Assembly: GCA_000004695.1 (NCBI GenBank)
Contig: CM000154.2
Coordinates: 4,160,001 to 4,224,000, forward strand
Length of the DNA: 64,000 nt
Source of the DNA: Dictyostelium discoideum
Taxonomy: Eukaryota
Direction of reading: 5' to 3'
Under the pieces are notes generated by a model. That model saw nothing but the letters and a program-made list of their open reading frames with translations. It was not told the DNA's origin and did no database searches. Below are positions 13,965-40,323 of the stretch, one piece after another (position 1 is the first letter of the stretch; each line of letters begins with the position of its first letter). Made by a program: the position numbers and the translations under genes.

Positions 13965-15377
13965 TTATTGAAATGAACAATTTGATGGATTTATATTAAA
14001 TTCTTGATTTGAATTATGAATTTGTAATAATTCACTACATTTTTTATTTATAGATAAATTTATTGAATATAATTCTTCTCTTATAAATTTCATCATTGAT
14101 AATAGATCATTTGGATCAGGTGGTGGAGTATTATTATAATTTTCAAGATTATCAAAAATTGAAGATGATTGTCTTTGTTTTAAATTTTTTGGTAAAATTA
14201 TAGTTGAATCAATCATTTTTAATAATTCTTTAATATAAATTAATTCTTGTGAAATTGATTTTATTTCTTTTTTAGCTTGAAATAGAATTGATTGATTATT
14301 ATTATTATTATTTATATTACTATTTTCATTTAAAAGTTGTCTATATTTAAATTCAGTTTCATGAATTTGTAATTTTAAATTTTCATTAATTTGTAAAATT
14401 TGATTAAATTCTTGATCTTTTTGTTTTTGAGTATCTTCAAAATTTTTTATAGTTTGGTCATATTCGTTCAAGATGTTTATAGATTCTGCTAATTTAGTTT
14501 CAGAATTTTGTAATTTTAATTCTAAAAAATCAATTTGTAAAGAGAGTGCATTAATTTCATTCAATTTCTCAGATAGTGTTGTTTGTAGTGTTTGTTCAGA
14601 TTTTGATTTTTGATTTGATTGTTCACGTTGTGTGGCTTGTAATCTTTGATTTTGTTGATGAAGATCTTGCAGTTTTAATTTATAGTCTGATAATTGCTGT
14701 CGAATTTGTTTTTCATTATCAGTGATTGATATTGTACCATCTTCATATTTTGTAATTCTATTCTCAAGTTCTAATATTCTTTCATTTAATTGTGCATTCT
14801 TTATGAGTAAATCACTTGAAAACCGTTTATTCTTATCGGTGGTCTCTAATAATGTTATGATTTGTTGTTCCTGTGATTGGGATTTCTTTAACAGTCTCTC
14901 TACCTCCATAGATTGTTGATAGGATTTTTGAGATTGTTTCTCAATTTCAAAGTATTGATTCTTTATTAATTGATCTTGTGTATTTGAAAATTCCTTTAAA
15001 TTATCATACTGTTTAGTTATTGATTGGATTTCATTCCTTAATTCATTCTCTTTAATTCTCCAATCATTTTCAGTTTCTTGTTTAATAATTTGAATTTCTT
15101 TAATTAATTCTTCAATTTGTTTTTTAAATTTTTCTTTTTCAATTTCATTTATTATTGTTATATTTTCATTTTGAGTTGGTGTTTCTATATCATTATTATT
15201 TACATTTTGTTGTTGTTGTGGTTGTGATTGTTGTTGTGGTTGATGATTTGTAAAGTTATTGTTATTGTTATTATTATTATTATTAGTATTATTTATTTTA
15301 TTTAAGGGGTATTTATCAACTGTTAAAGGTCTTTTAAATTTCGGTGTTTTAAATGGATCATTATTTATATTATTCAT
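13965..15377 (-). CDS. Coiled-coil protein, function unknown (470 aa; N-terminus is Gln/Asn-rich, centre is a heptad-rich rod)
   Basis: This is a complete ORF with ATG and stop. An upstream poly(A) tract at 15378..15400 lies on the coding strand side. The central ~300 aa has coiled-coil composition (LKLQ/ELEN repeats). It converges on the SPX-EXS gene with only 87 bp between the two stops. Confidence 0.7.
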   Translation of the reverse strand: MNNINNDPFKTPKFKRPLTVDKYPLNKINNTNNNNNNNNNNFTNHQPQQQSQPQQQQNVNNNDIETPTQNENITIINEIEKEKFKKQIEELIKEIQIIKQETENDWRIKENELRNEIQSITKQYDNLKEFSNTQDQLIKNQYFEIEKQSQKSYQQSMEVERLLKKSQSQEQQIITLLETTDKNKRFSSDLLIKNAQLNERILELENRITKYEDGTISITDNEKQIRQQLSDYKLKLQDLHQQNQRLQATQREQSNQKSKSEQTLQTTLSEKLNEINALSLQIDFLELKLQNSETKLAESINILNEYDQTIKNFEDTQKQKDQEFNQILQINENLKLQIHETEFKYRQLLNENSNINNNNNNQSILFQAKKEIKSISQELIYIKELLKMIDSTIILPKNLKQRQSSSIFDNLENYNNTPPPDPNDLLSMMKFIREELYSINLSINKKCSELLQIHNSNQEFNINPSNCSFQ

Positions 15378-15908
15378 TCTTTTTTTTTTTTTTTTTTTTT
15401 AATTTGAAAAAATGTTATTTTTAAAAAAAAAAAAAAAATTTAAAAATAATTAAAAAAAAAAAAATTTGGCGAAGCGCACATTTTCAATTTTTTTTTTTAT
15501 TTTTTTTTTTTATTTGAAATGAAAATTACTTTTTAATAATGGACGCTCGATAAAAACATTGATCAAAAATTAATTTAAAAGAGAAATAAAAGTAGAAAAA
15601 AGGATCTTTTTTTTTTTTTTTAAATTTTTAATTTAATTTGTTTTAATTTTTTTTATTTTTAATAATCTTTTTATTTTTTTTACCTTTTCATTATTATAAT
15701 AAAATTAAAAAAAAAAAAAAAAAAAAAAAGATCCGAGATATTTTTTTATTTTAAAATAATTTTTTTTTAAAAAAAAACTTTTTTTTTTTTTATTTTTATT
15801 TTTTTTATTTTTTTTTTTTTTGGTCATTTTTTTTTTTTGATCATTTTTTTTTTTTTTATTTTTAAATTCTTACCTTCAGACAAAAAAAAAAAATAAAAAA
15901 AAAACACA

Positions 15909-16760
15909 ATGGAAAGCAATGAAATTATAATTGATAAAATTAATATTCTCTTTTGGAAAGTATGGAGAAATAAATATGCAATTTCAAATATTTTGAAATT
16001 TTGTAGTACTGATGGTAAAAGTAAAAGAGAATTTACATATAAAAATAGTGAAATTTTTAATGTTTGTTGGTTAATTGAAAATAATCATTTAGGATTATTA
16101 TTTAATAAAGTTAGAAATGGAGAACCATTAACATTTGGACCATCAACATCAACATCAACAACATTATCAACATCATCAACTAAAAATAATAATGAAAATA
16201 ATAATGAAAATTATTATGAAGATTTACCTTATTTTTATTTTAAATTTCCAAATTTTCAAAATTCATGGGTTTCAAAAAGTACAGAATTTTATTCAAACCT
16301 TTTTAAAAATTATTCAAATTATTTTACATTTAATAAAAAATGTAAAGATACAACTGCATTAATTTTCGTAAAATTGGATATAGTAATTGGCTTAGAAGTT
16401 TTAGTTAAAGAATATTTTGATTGTAATAATAATAATGATATAATTCAAAAATATAATGAATTATTACCAAAATCTATTTACAGTGGTTCATTAAATGTCG
16501 CAAACTTTTTATATAATCAAATTAATGGATTTGGTAAATTAGTTAGAGTTAGTAGTAGAAGTAGTATAATGTTATCAAAACCATTAATTAATGGTTTGGG
16601 TAATAGTTTAAATAATCTTAGTAATGTAATGAAATCATCATCATTAAAGCCATTGAATCCAAATAAAGTTTGGAAAAGGGTTATGGAATTATTTAAACAA
16701 CAACAAAAAACAACAACAACATCATCAACAATACCATTTGATATGGTTGATTTTGTTTAA
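15909..16760 (+). CDS. Hypothetical protein with a FNIP-family-type N-terminal motif (…ILFWKVWRNKYAISNIL…) but no FNIP repeats
   Basis: This is a complete ORF of 283 aa. The N-terminal F-W-K-V-W-R-N motif resembles the conserved N-terminus seen upstream of the FNIP repeats in gene 52337..54317 (LFKKVWNNLVIRNEIIF). It is Asn/Ser-rich and low complexity. Confidence 0.55.
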   Translation: MESNEIIIDKINILFWKVWRNKYAISNILKFCSTDGKSKREFTYKNSEIFNVCWLIENNHLGLLFNKVRNGEPLTFGPSTSTSTTLSTSSTKNNNENNNENYYEDLPYFYFKFPNFQNSWVSKSTEFYSNLFKNYSNYFTFNKKCKDTTALIFVKLDIVIGLEVLVKEYFDCNNNNDIIQKYNELLPKSIYSGSLNVANFLYNQINGFGKLVRVSSRSSIMLSKPLINGLGNSLNNLSNVMKSSSLKPLNPNKVWKRVMELFKQQQKTTTTSSTIPFDMVDFV

Positions 16761-16822
16761 ATAAATTATTAATTACACCACCATCATCATCATCATCATC
16801 ATCAACATCATCAACACTAACT

Positions 16823-18547
16823 ATGAATGAGTTTAAAATGCCAAATCATTTCATTCATAGTTTTATATATAATGAAAAAGTTTCACAACTTTTAGAAATT
16901 AGTAAATGTTTAATATCATTATCGAGTTATTATCAAGATTATTATCAACAATTAATTAATAAATCTTATAAATTAAACTCATCAACTTTAAAATCATATG
17001 AAAATGTTATTAAAATTTTAATTAATGATAAACCGGAGAAATTATTAACAATTGAAGAATTTGAAATTATTAAAGAGAAATTTAAAAATCAAAATATTTT
17101 AGAATTAAAAGTTTATGAAATTTGTTGTACAGATTCAAATGTACAATATTTATTTAAAATGATTTTACCATTCATATCATTATCAAAGCTATTAAATAAT
17201 CTATCATTCTATAAAATGAAATATAATGCAAATTATCATCGTGATCCAATTCATGATATTGTAAATTACCATAACCCAATTTCATTTGGCGATTATTTAG
17301 TTTTACAAAATTCAAATAATTCTAAAACAATAATTGAACAATTTTCAACAAATACATTATTTAAATATTGTAAATCTGATAAAGAAAAACAATTACAATT
17401 CATTTCAAATGTAATTAATGATATTATTAAATTTGAAAAATATGAAAATTTTAAAAATCAAAATCAAGAATTGGGTGAAAAAGTAGATGATGATGAACAA
17501 CAAATTAATCAATCATCATCATCAAGTGATTTAATTAATAGTTTTTTATCAACATTAATTGTATTAAATCAATATGAATTTATTAAATTAGTATTTGAAG
17601 AATTATCAAAAAGATTAATTAATCCAATAATATCAATACCATATTATTATTTCCTTTTATTAGATTCAATTGAAATTTTTGATTATTTATTTTTAAAAGT
17701 TAAACAACAACAACAAAAAGATCAAAAATTAAATAATGAATTAGATTTAAAACAATTTTTATTAATTAAAAATGAAATAATTATAAATCATTTTAAAGAG
17801 AAATATCCAGATAGTTATCATTTAATGGTTGAATTAATAATTAAAGAATTAAAATTAAATGCAAAAAGAAATTCAATTGATTTTAAATGTGTAAAGTATG
17901 CTTGGGATTTACATTTATTAGAATCAAAAGATGATTTTAAAATCATTTGGTATTCAATTATTATTGATGAATTAACATTTGATCAATACATTTGGTTAAT
18001 TCAAAGAACACCAAAATCAATTCCATATAGAATTGGTAATCTTAATAATAGTGATACCTATTTTAAAAATAATAATAATGATGATGAAGATGATAAAAAT
18101 TATTTTTCAAATTGTGGTAGTAATCCAAATAAAAATTTAATTCAAGTTTTTAAATGGATTGATGAAAATAAGAGAGACCATTTAGTTTCATCTGATCATC
18201 ATTTATATTGTTATTTTGATAATCAAGTATTTTATTTATTTAATTACTTTAATAAATCTTTAAATTTTTATATTGGATTATGTATTTCTCAATATTTCTT
18301 TAAATTTATGAATCCAGTTTGGAATCAAATTGCATTACGTGGTGATACTGAAACTTTAGGTAGAATAATGTCAACTTTCTTTTACAATGAACAACAATCA
18401 GTTAATGAAAAACATTATCTTTATAATTTCATTAAAAAGTCAACAATTTATGGAAACTTAAAAATTATTCAATTTTTAAATCAAAATTATCCTTTTGTTT
18501 TTCAAACATTTAAAGATTCTTCACAATCATTCTCATTTTCTTCTTCA

Positions 18548-18615
<68 letters not shown>

Positions 18616-18715
18616 TAATAATAATATTGATAATATTGATAATAATAAAAATAATAATAATACACCAACAAAAAAAAATAGATTCTCGGTAGCAATAACA
18701 AGTTTAATTAAAAAC

Positions 18716-18804
<89 letters not shown>

Positions 18805-19072
18805 TTTTAATAATAATAATAATTCAAATAATTTGAATAATAATCCATTAAAGAAATTATTAAAAACTGATTTGGATAGTATAATAGAGTTATGTATAAA
18901 TAATGGTCATGTTGAATTATTTTTATACTTTAAAAATTCAATTTTACATTCATCTTTTTCAATTCCAACTTGTATTATTCAATCTAAAAACAATGTTTCC
19001 TTATTAAATCATTTAAATATAAAATTGAATTCTGAAATTTTAAATGGAAAGAAAATAAAGAATATGTTTTAA
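16823..19072 (+). CDS. Hypothetical Asn-rich protein (749 aa). It is possibly the continuation of 15909..16760 across a frameshift
   Basis: This is a complete ORF with two long (AAT)n poly-Asn tracts near the C-terminus. Only 62 bp separate it from the preceding stop, and that spacer is coding-like ((CAT)7 = SSSSSSS in this frame). The frame is open back to 16751, overlapping the end of the previous ORF. Confidence 0.55.
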
Positions 19073-19787
19073 GTTAAAAAAAAAAAAAAAAAACTAGAAA
19101 AGTTTGTTTTGGTCATCGGTTTATTTTTTTAAGTGTTTTTTTTTTTAAGTTTTTTAAAGTTTAAAAAAATAAAAAAATTTCTTATTTTAATTTGTGTTTA
19201 ATTTCATTTTGAAAAAAAATAAAAAAATTGATAATTTCTTTAAATGAAATATATTCACTACTAGTTGTTCTTCAAAATTAAATTCCATAATTATTTTTTG
19301 AAAATTAAAAAAAATTACAAACTAATATCAAATAATCCAAGAATCCTAATTTTATTCCAAATTTAAAATAAAATAAAATAAAACAAAATAAAATAAAATA
19401 AATTAAAAAAGAAAACCACATAAAATTATTACATCCCAAACTTAAAATATTTTTTTTATTTTTTTTTTTTTTTTATTTTTTTTTATTTTTTTTTATTTTT
19501 TTTAAATTTTTATTAAATTTTTTTTTTTTTTTTTTTAATTTAAATTTTTTTTTTTTTTTTTCTTTTAAAAATTTTGAAAATCAAATTTGGAAAGGGGGGG
19601 TTGACCTCTTCATTGATTTTCTTTGAAATTTAAATAAAAAATAAAATATAAAAAAAAAAATAAAAAATAAAAAAATAAATATTTATTTATATCGTTCAAC
19701 AATTCAAAAAAAAAAAAAACAAAAAACATAAAACATATAAAATATAAAATATAAAATATAAAATATAAAATATAAAATATAAACAAA

Positions 19788-35965
<16,178 letters not shown>

Positions 35966-35966
35966 A

Positions 35967-36004
<38 letters not shown>

Positions 36005-36056
36005 TATAAACAAAGGAAAATAATACTAATTATAAATTTATTTTATTAAACTATAG

Positions 36057-37485
36057 AAATTGTAATCATAATAAATCAGATATTAAATTAGTAGAATCAC
36101 CAGAATATATATTTATTGAAGTTGAGAGATTTAAAAAAGGTCTTCCGTTCAATTCTAGTATTATAAACTTTGAAAAGAATATCAGTATATCAGAGTTATT
36201 GGGTAATTTTTCAAAAGATATTAATGGATTATATAATATTCAATCAATTCTTGTAAGTTTATAAATATATTTTTATTTTATATAATAATAATAATAACAA
36301 ACTAACTTTATAATTTATTTTTAGTCTTATGGTTCAAGAAATGATGAATTTGATTTTATTACAAGTAATGAAGGTCAATACTATCATCTTACTTCTAGTA
36401 GTTGCGTTAAAACATTGAATGAGTACAGTTTTAACGCAATAATAGAGTCACTCAACAACAACTGTAACTTTATCATTTTAAAGAAAGGTGGCTATATCAA
36501 AACAAGTCATATCAGCGATCCAGTTGATCCTTCTCTTTTAAATAAACCACCTATTCCATCAAGTGATAATGAAGAAGAAGAAGAAGATGATGATGATGAT
36601 GAAGTAAATGAAGATGAATATGAAAATGGAAATGAGGATGAAGATGAAGATGAGGATGAAGATGAAGATGAAGATGAAGATGAAGATGAAGATGAAGATG
36701 AAGATGAAGATGAAGATGAAGATGAAGATGAAGATGAAGATGAAGATGAAGATGAAGATGAAGAATATGAAGATGAAGATGAAGATGAAGATATTATTGG
36801 AGATGACGCTGAGGTTGAAAAAGAAAACAAGAATGGATTTTCTCATTTAGAATCACTACAAATTACACCAATACCTCACGACAAAGATGAAGAACAACCA
36901 GAAAAACCTCAACAACAAGAGATACATCAACAACCAGAGAAACCTCAACAACCAGAGAAACCACAAGAACTACAATCAACTGAAACACCAGGACAAGAAG
37001 TATCAGTTGATTATAAAATCCTTTATGACAGAAAAGCTTTCAAAGAATTTTTATACGGTGGATTCGAAAAATTCACTGAAGATTTGAAACTGCAAATCCT
37101 TGATGCCGGTATCAATTGTTTTTCAGTTTTATTAAATTTAAAGAGTGAAGACTGGTCAAAGTTTTCATTCTTACAATTACCAAAGAGAAATCAATTGGTA
37201 AATTCTTATAAGAAAATTCATAATGAAGCCATCAAAAAAGAGTATCCTTTCGAATCTCCTTTTGATATAGATGACCAAAAAGCCTACGAACAATTCCTTA
37301 AAGATATCGTTAATGATGAAAAAACTATAATGGATTTGGTTGAAGCTGGTTTTGACTCATTTACATCTTTAATTCCATCTGATGATGGCGGTTGGGAAGA
37401 AGTGTCTTTAAATTTACAAGAGATCCTTAAACCTGCGACATGTTTCAACTTAATCAATCAATTAAAATTGGTTGGAAAAGCATAA
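36057..37485 (+). CDS. Probable terminal exons of the giant AAA+ gene. Model: exon 36057..36252, intron 36253..36324 (GTAAGT…TTAG), exon 36325..37485. The product has an acidic (ED)n tract, PQQPEK repeats and two SAM-like C-terminal modules
   Basis: The frame of ORF 36415..37485 is open back to the acceptor at 36324, and the ORF-track start is TTG, not ATG. The upstream exon 36057..36252 is open from a stop at 36007 but contains no ATG. A GTTTGT at 35956 (two nt into the last codons of the giant ORF) and the TATAG acceptor at 36056 are phase-compatible (…SIKI-R-NCNHNKSDIKLVESPEYIFIEVERFKKGLPF…). No alternative start exists for this exon block. Confidence 0.5.
36636..36792 (+). repeat. (GAAGAT)n coding microsatellite, roughly 25 hexamer units, encoding a ~50-residue (Glu-Asp)n tract
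   Basis: Direct reading shows gaagatgaagatgaagat… with a few GAG/GAA variants. Confidence 0.9.
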
Positions 37486-37738
37486 TGAAAAATAAAAAAA
37501 TAAAAAAATAAAAAAAATAAATATAAAAAAAAAAAATATTAAGATATAATAAAAAAAATAAAATAAAAAAAATAAATAAGAAAATAAATGTTAATAATTA
37601 TTAATAACATTTTTTTTTTTTAATATATCAATAAAAGTTGAAATAAAGAGAAAAGAAAGAGAATAAATAAGAACAAACAAGAACAACAAAGAACAATAAC
37701 AAGAACAATAACAAGTACAAAAAATAAAACAATTAAAC

Positions 37739-38395
37739 AAAAATAAAAGTCTATTTCCCAAAACATTTTAGCAATTATCTTTTTTGATTAAAAAAGAAAG
37801 ATCTTTCTTACAACAAAACCAATTATGGATTCATTTATTTTTTTTTTTTTCCTCTGGTGGTGGATTTATGGTTAAAAAGATTTCATTATAATTTGGACAT
37901 TTCATCTTGTTCATTTTCATTTCGTCTTCATTATCTTTCTTCTTTTAATTGCTTAATTGATGTTCATTTGAAATAATCATTATTAATACAATTTGAAAAC
38001 TATTTTGAATAATTATAAAAAAAAAAATTAAATTCTTACAACTTTAAAAGGAATAGACATATTAATTTCATCAGACTAATTTTAACATATTAATTTCAGC
38101 CTTAAAACAGGTATATACATTAAAAAAACTTAAAATTTTATTTCCCAAAACATTTTAGCGATTATCTTTTTAATTAAAAAAGAAAGATCTTTCTTACAAC
38201 AAAACCAATTATGGATTCATTTATTTTGATTTGTTTTTTTTTTTCTTTTCTTCTGGCAATGAATTTATATTTTTTCAAGAATTTATTATCATTTGGACAT
38301 TTCATCTTCTTCAATTTTCATTTTGTCTTCATAATATTTCTTCTTTTTTAATAGCTTAATTGATATTCATTTGAAATAATAATATTTGGTTGGTT
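37739..38395. repeat. Two direct copies (37739..37990 and 38138..38395) of a ~250-bp non-coding segment, about 90% identical, each containing the perfect palindrome AAGAAAGATCTTTCTT and a CCCAAAAC motif
   Basis: The alignment by eye is tttcccaaaacattttagcRattatctttt…aaaaaagaaagatctttcttacaacaaaaccaattatggattcatttatttt…atttggacatttcatctt…cttaattgatRttcatttgaaataat. No ORF is conserved between the copies. The flanking sequence differs. Confidence 0.7.
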
Positions 38396-38514
38396 TATAT
38401 TTTTGACTGTAAAAAAAAAAATTTACCTTCGATTGAATTATTATTATAGTTGCTGCTTTTGTATTATTATTCAAGCATTTATTTTTACTATTTTCATTTT
38501 TTATGTTATTAATA

Positions 38515-38605
38515 CAATTAGTATTACTATTACTATTACTATTACTATTACTATTACTATTACTATTACTATTACTATTACTATTACTATTACTATTACT
38601 ATTAT
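38515..38605. repeat. (TATTAC)n hexanucleotide microsatellite, about 14 units
   Basis: The sequence reads agtattactattactattactattactatt…. The overlapping ORF-track entries 38403..38780(+) and 38501..38788(-) are repeat-translation artefacts. Confidence 0.9.
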
Positions 38606-38767
38606 ACCTCTTAAAAAGCCATTTGAGTTGTTGATAATAATGAGGAATCTCAATGGTAAAATGTTTATCATTTTTCTGGAACTAATTGCAACAAAGTTTG
38701 ATTCCAAATCTTTTATTAAAAATATTGCTTTTGTTTTCAAAGTGTGTGGTTTTTTTTTTCTTTCAAT

Positions 38768-38820
38768 AATCCATCCATAAATTTTCATTCTTTTGAAATT
38801 GAAAAGTTTATGGATGGATT
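38768..38820. other. Perfect 14-bp inverted repeat (AATCCATCCATAAA … TTTATGGATGGATT) with a 25-nt loop. This is a strong stem-loop in an AT-rich intergenic region
   Basis: The left arm is 38768..38781 and the right arm 38807..38820. The right arm is the exact reverse complement of the left. The stem has 6 G/C pairs, which is unusual for this sequence context. Confidence 0.6.
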
Positions 38821-39031
38821 TTTGAATGAAAAAAAAAATCCCATACTATACTACCAAATTAAAATGAAATTTTGTGGTAATGAAAATTAAATATCATTCA
38901 AAAATGTTAATGCCAAAAAAAGCCTCAACAATAATAATATTAGATAATTAAATCCATATTAAAAATAAAAAAAAATCGAAGTAATAAAAAAAAAAAAACT
39001 AGATTATAAATCAAATCAAAAAGAGGATAAA

Positions 39032-39175
39032 ATGGATATCGATAATGAGGAGGAAGAAGGTGATACCGATTTTGATCATAAACAAAAAGTTGATACTAAA
39101 CAACAACATGATGAAAATAAAAAATATCAATGCCAGATTAGAAACAAGATCAATTGTAACAAAAATAAAAAATAA
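39032..39175 (+). CDS. Small 47-codon ORF (MDIDNEEEEGDTDFDHKQKVDTKQQHDENKKYQCQIRNKINCNKNKK). Coding status is uncertain
   Basis: It has an ATG and a TAA. Local G+C is clearly higher than the surrounding spacer (gaggaggaagaaggtgataccgattttgatcat). It lies in a 2.8-kb interval with no other gene. It is below the 60-aa cutoff of the ORF track. Confidence 0.2.
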   Translation: MDIDNEEEEGDTDFDHKQKVDTKQQHDENKKYQCQIRNKINCNKNKK

Positions 39176-39268
39176 ATAACATTTAAGGAAGGCACAAGAA
39201 AAATCATTTTATTAAAATCCTAACTATTAAATGTACAATATGATATGTTTACTTCCAATTTGACAAAT

Positions 39269-39608
39269 AGTGTTGATAACTTTTTATGTCTCAAATTATT
39301 GATTTTACCGGCTACAGTGTTGATAACTTTTAACCACCAATAATATTTGGTGAATTGATTCTATAATTTTACCAATTTTTGAAAATACTTCTTGATAATT
39401 CCTACTTACATGTAAAACAATTAGTGTTGATAACTTTTCTTGAATTAAACTATAAGAGATGTGGATCCAATTGACAATTAGTGTTGATAACTTTTTTCGT
39501 CGTACACAAGAGAGTAACTCCTCACTAACAATTTGATAAAAAGTGTTAATAACTTTTTTTATCATGTATTATTACAATGATTAAGCTAATAGTGTTGATA
39601 ACTTTTTA
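39269..39608 (+). repeat. Array of six spaced copies (plus one degenerate copy) of a 17-bp motif, TAGTGTTGATAACTTTT, with unique 30-90 bp spacers. The motif has a GATA-type core (TGATAA)
   Basis: Motif starts are at 39269, 39316, 39423, 39480, 39542 (variant GTTAATAAC) and 39591, with a partial CTTGATAATTCC at ~39390. The sequence following copies 2 and 6 is also similar (TTAACCACCAATAATA… versus TTAACCCATAATAATA…). Confidence 0.7.
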
Positions 39609-40061
39609 ACCCATAATAATACTTTGAGAGTGGTGAATTTCCAAATAATTCCAGATACCATCTATTTTATTTTTTTTTTTTTTTTTTTTTTTTTATTAGC
39701 ACAATTTGAAAATGAATAATTAAAAAAAATAAATTAAATTCATACACATTTTAAAGGAATAGATTATAACTTTTGATTTTTATATGTAATAGCACACTTT
39801 TACATAAAAAAAAAAAAAAAAAAAAAAAAAACTTTCTTTTATACTCAGTCCAAAATCTTTAAAACCAAATTGTAAAATTTTATTTTTTCCAATTTTGGTA
39901 AATTAAAATATGAGATTTAATCCACAAATATATAAATGGTGATTGTTTTATCTTGATTCTTTTTAAAGTAATTTTTTCATTTAATCTAAAAGATTTTAAT
40001 TGAAAGTGAAAAATAGGGGTTTGCTGATTGATTAAAAAAAAAAAAAATAAAAAAAAAATAA

Positions 40062-40140
40062 AAAAAAAAATAAAAATAAAATAAAATAAAATAAAATAAA
40101 ATAAAATAAAATAAAATAAAATAAAATAAAATAAAATAAA
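40062..40140. repeat. (AAAAT)n pentanucleotide microsatellite (about 14 units), followed by (AAATT)5
   Basis: The sequence reads aaaataaaataaaataaaat… and then aaattaaattaaattaaatt. Confidence 0.9.
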
Positions 40141-40323
40141 AAAAAACAAAATTAAATTAAATTAAATTAAATAAAAATATTTAAGATCTTGGTCAACTTT
40201 TATTTTTTTGTTTAAATTATTTAATTTATTATTTTAATTTTTTTTATTTTTTTTATTTTTTTTTTATTTAAATATATGTTTTTTATTTTATTTATTTTTA
40301 TTTTATTTTTTTAATATTTAAAG

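Noticed and set aside
16761-16822. Intron joining ORFs 15909..16760 and 16823..19072
   Set aside because: There is no GT donor with a matching phase near the end of the first ORF, and no AG exists anywhere in the 62-bp gap. A frameshift is the only way to join them.
37739-37870. Class I small-ncRNA gene (CCTTACAGCAA box with upstream CCCA element)
   Set aside because: The best match is TCTTACAACAA (9/11) and the upstream box is CCCAAAAC. The adjacent palindrome would fold on itself rather than form the terminal stem expected for that RNA class. It is kept only as a weak possibility under the duplicated-segment finding.
37810-37870. Small ORFs (MDSFIFFFFLWWWIYG and others) in the duplicated 250-bp segments
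   Set aside because: They are not conserved in length or frame between the two copies, and the minus-strand ORFs likewise differ. They are non-coding.
39395-39410. U1 snRNA 5' end-like string (CTACTTACATG)
   Set aside because: It has one mismatch to ACTTACCTG, and none of the rest of U1 (Sm site, stem-loops) follows. This is a chance match inside the motif array.
39269-39608. Repeat-spacer architecture read as a CRISPR array
   Set aside because: This is eukaryotic, AT-rich nuclear DNA full of spliced genes. The repeats are 17 bp with variable spacers (30-90 bp) and imperfect copies, and there are no cas genes. It is better explained as clustered factor sites or a degraded element.
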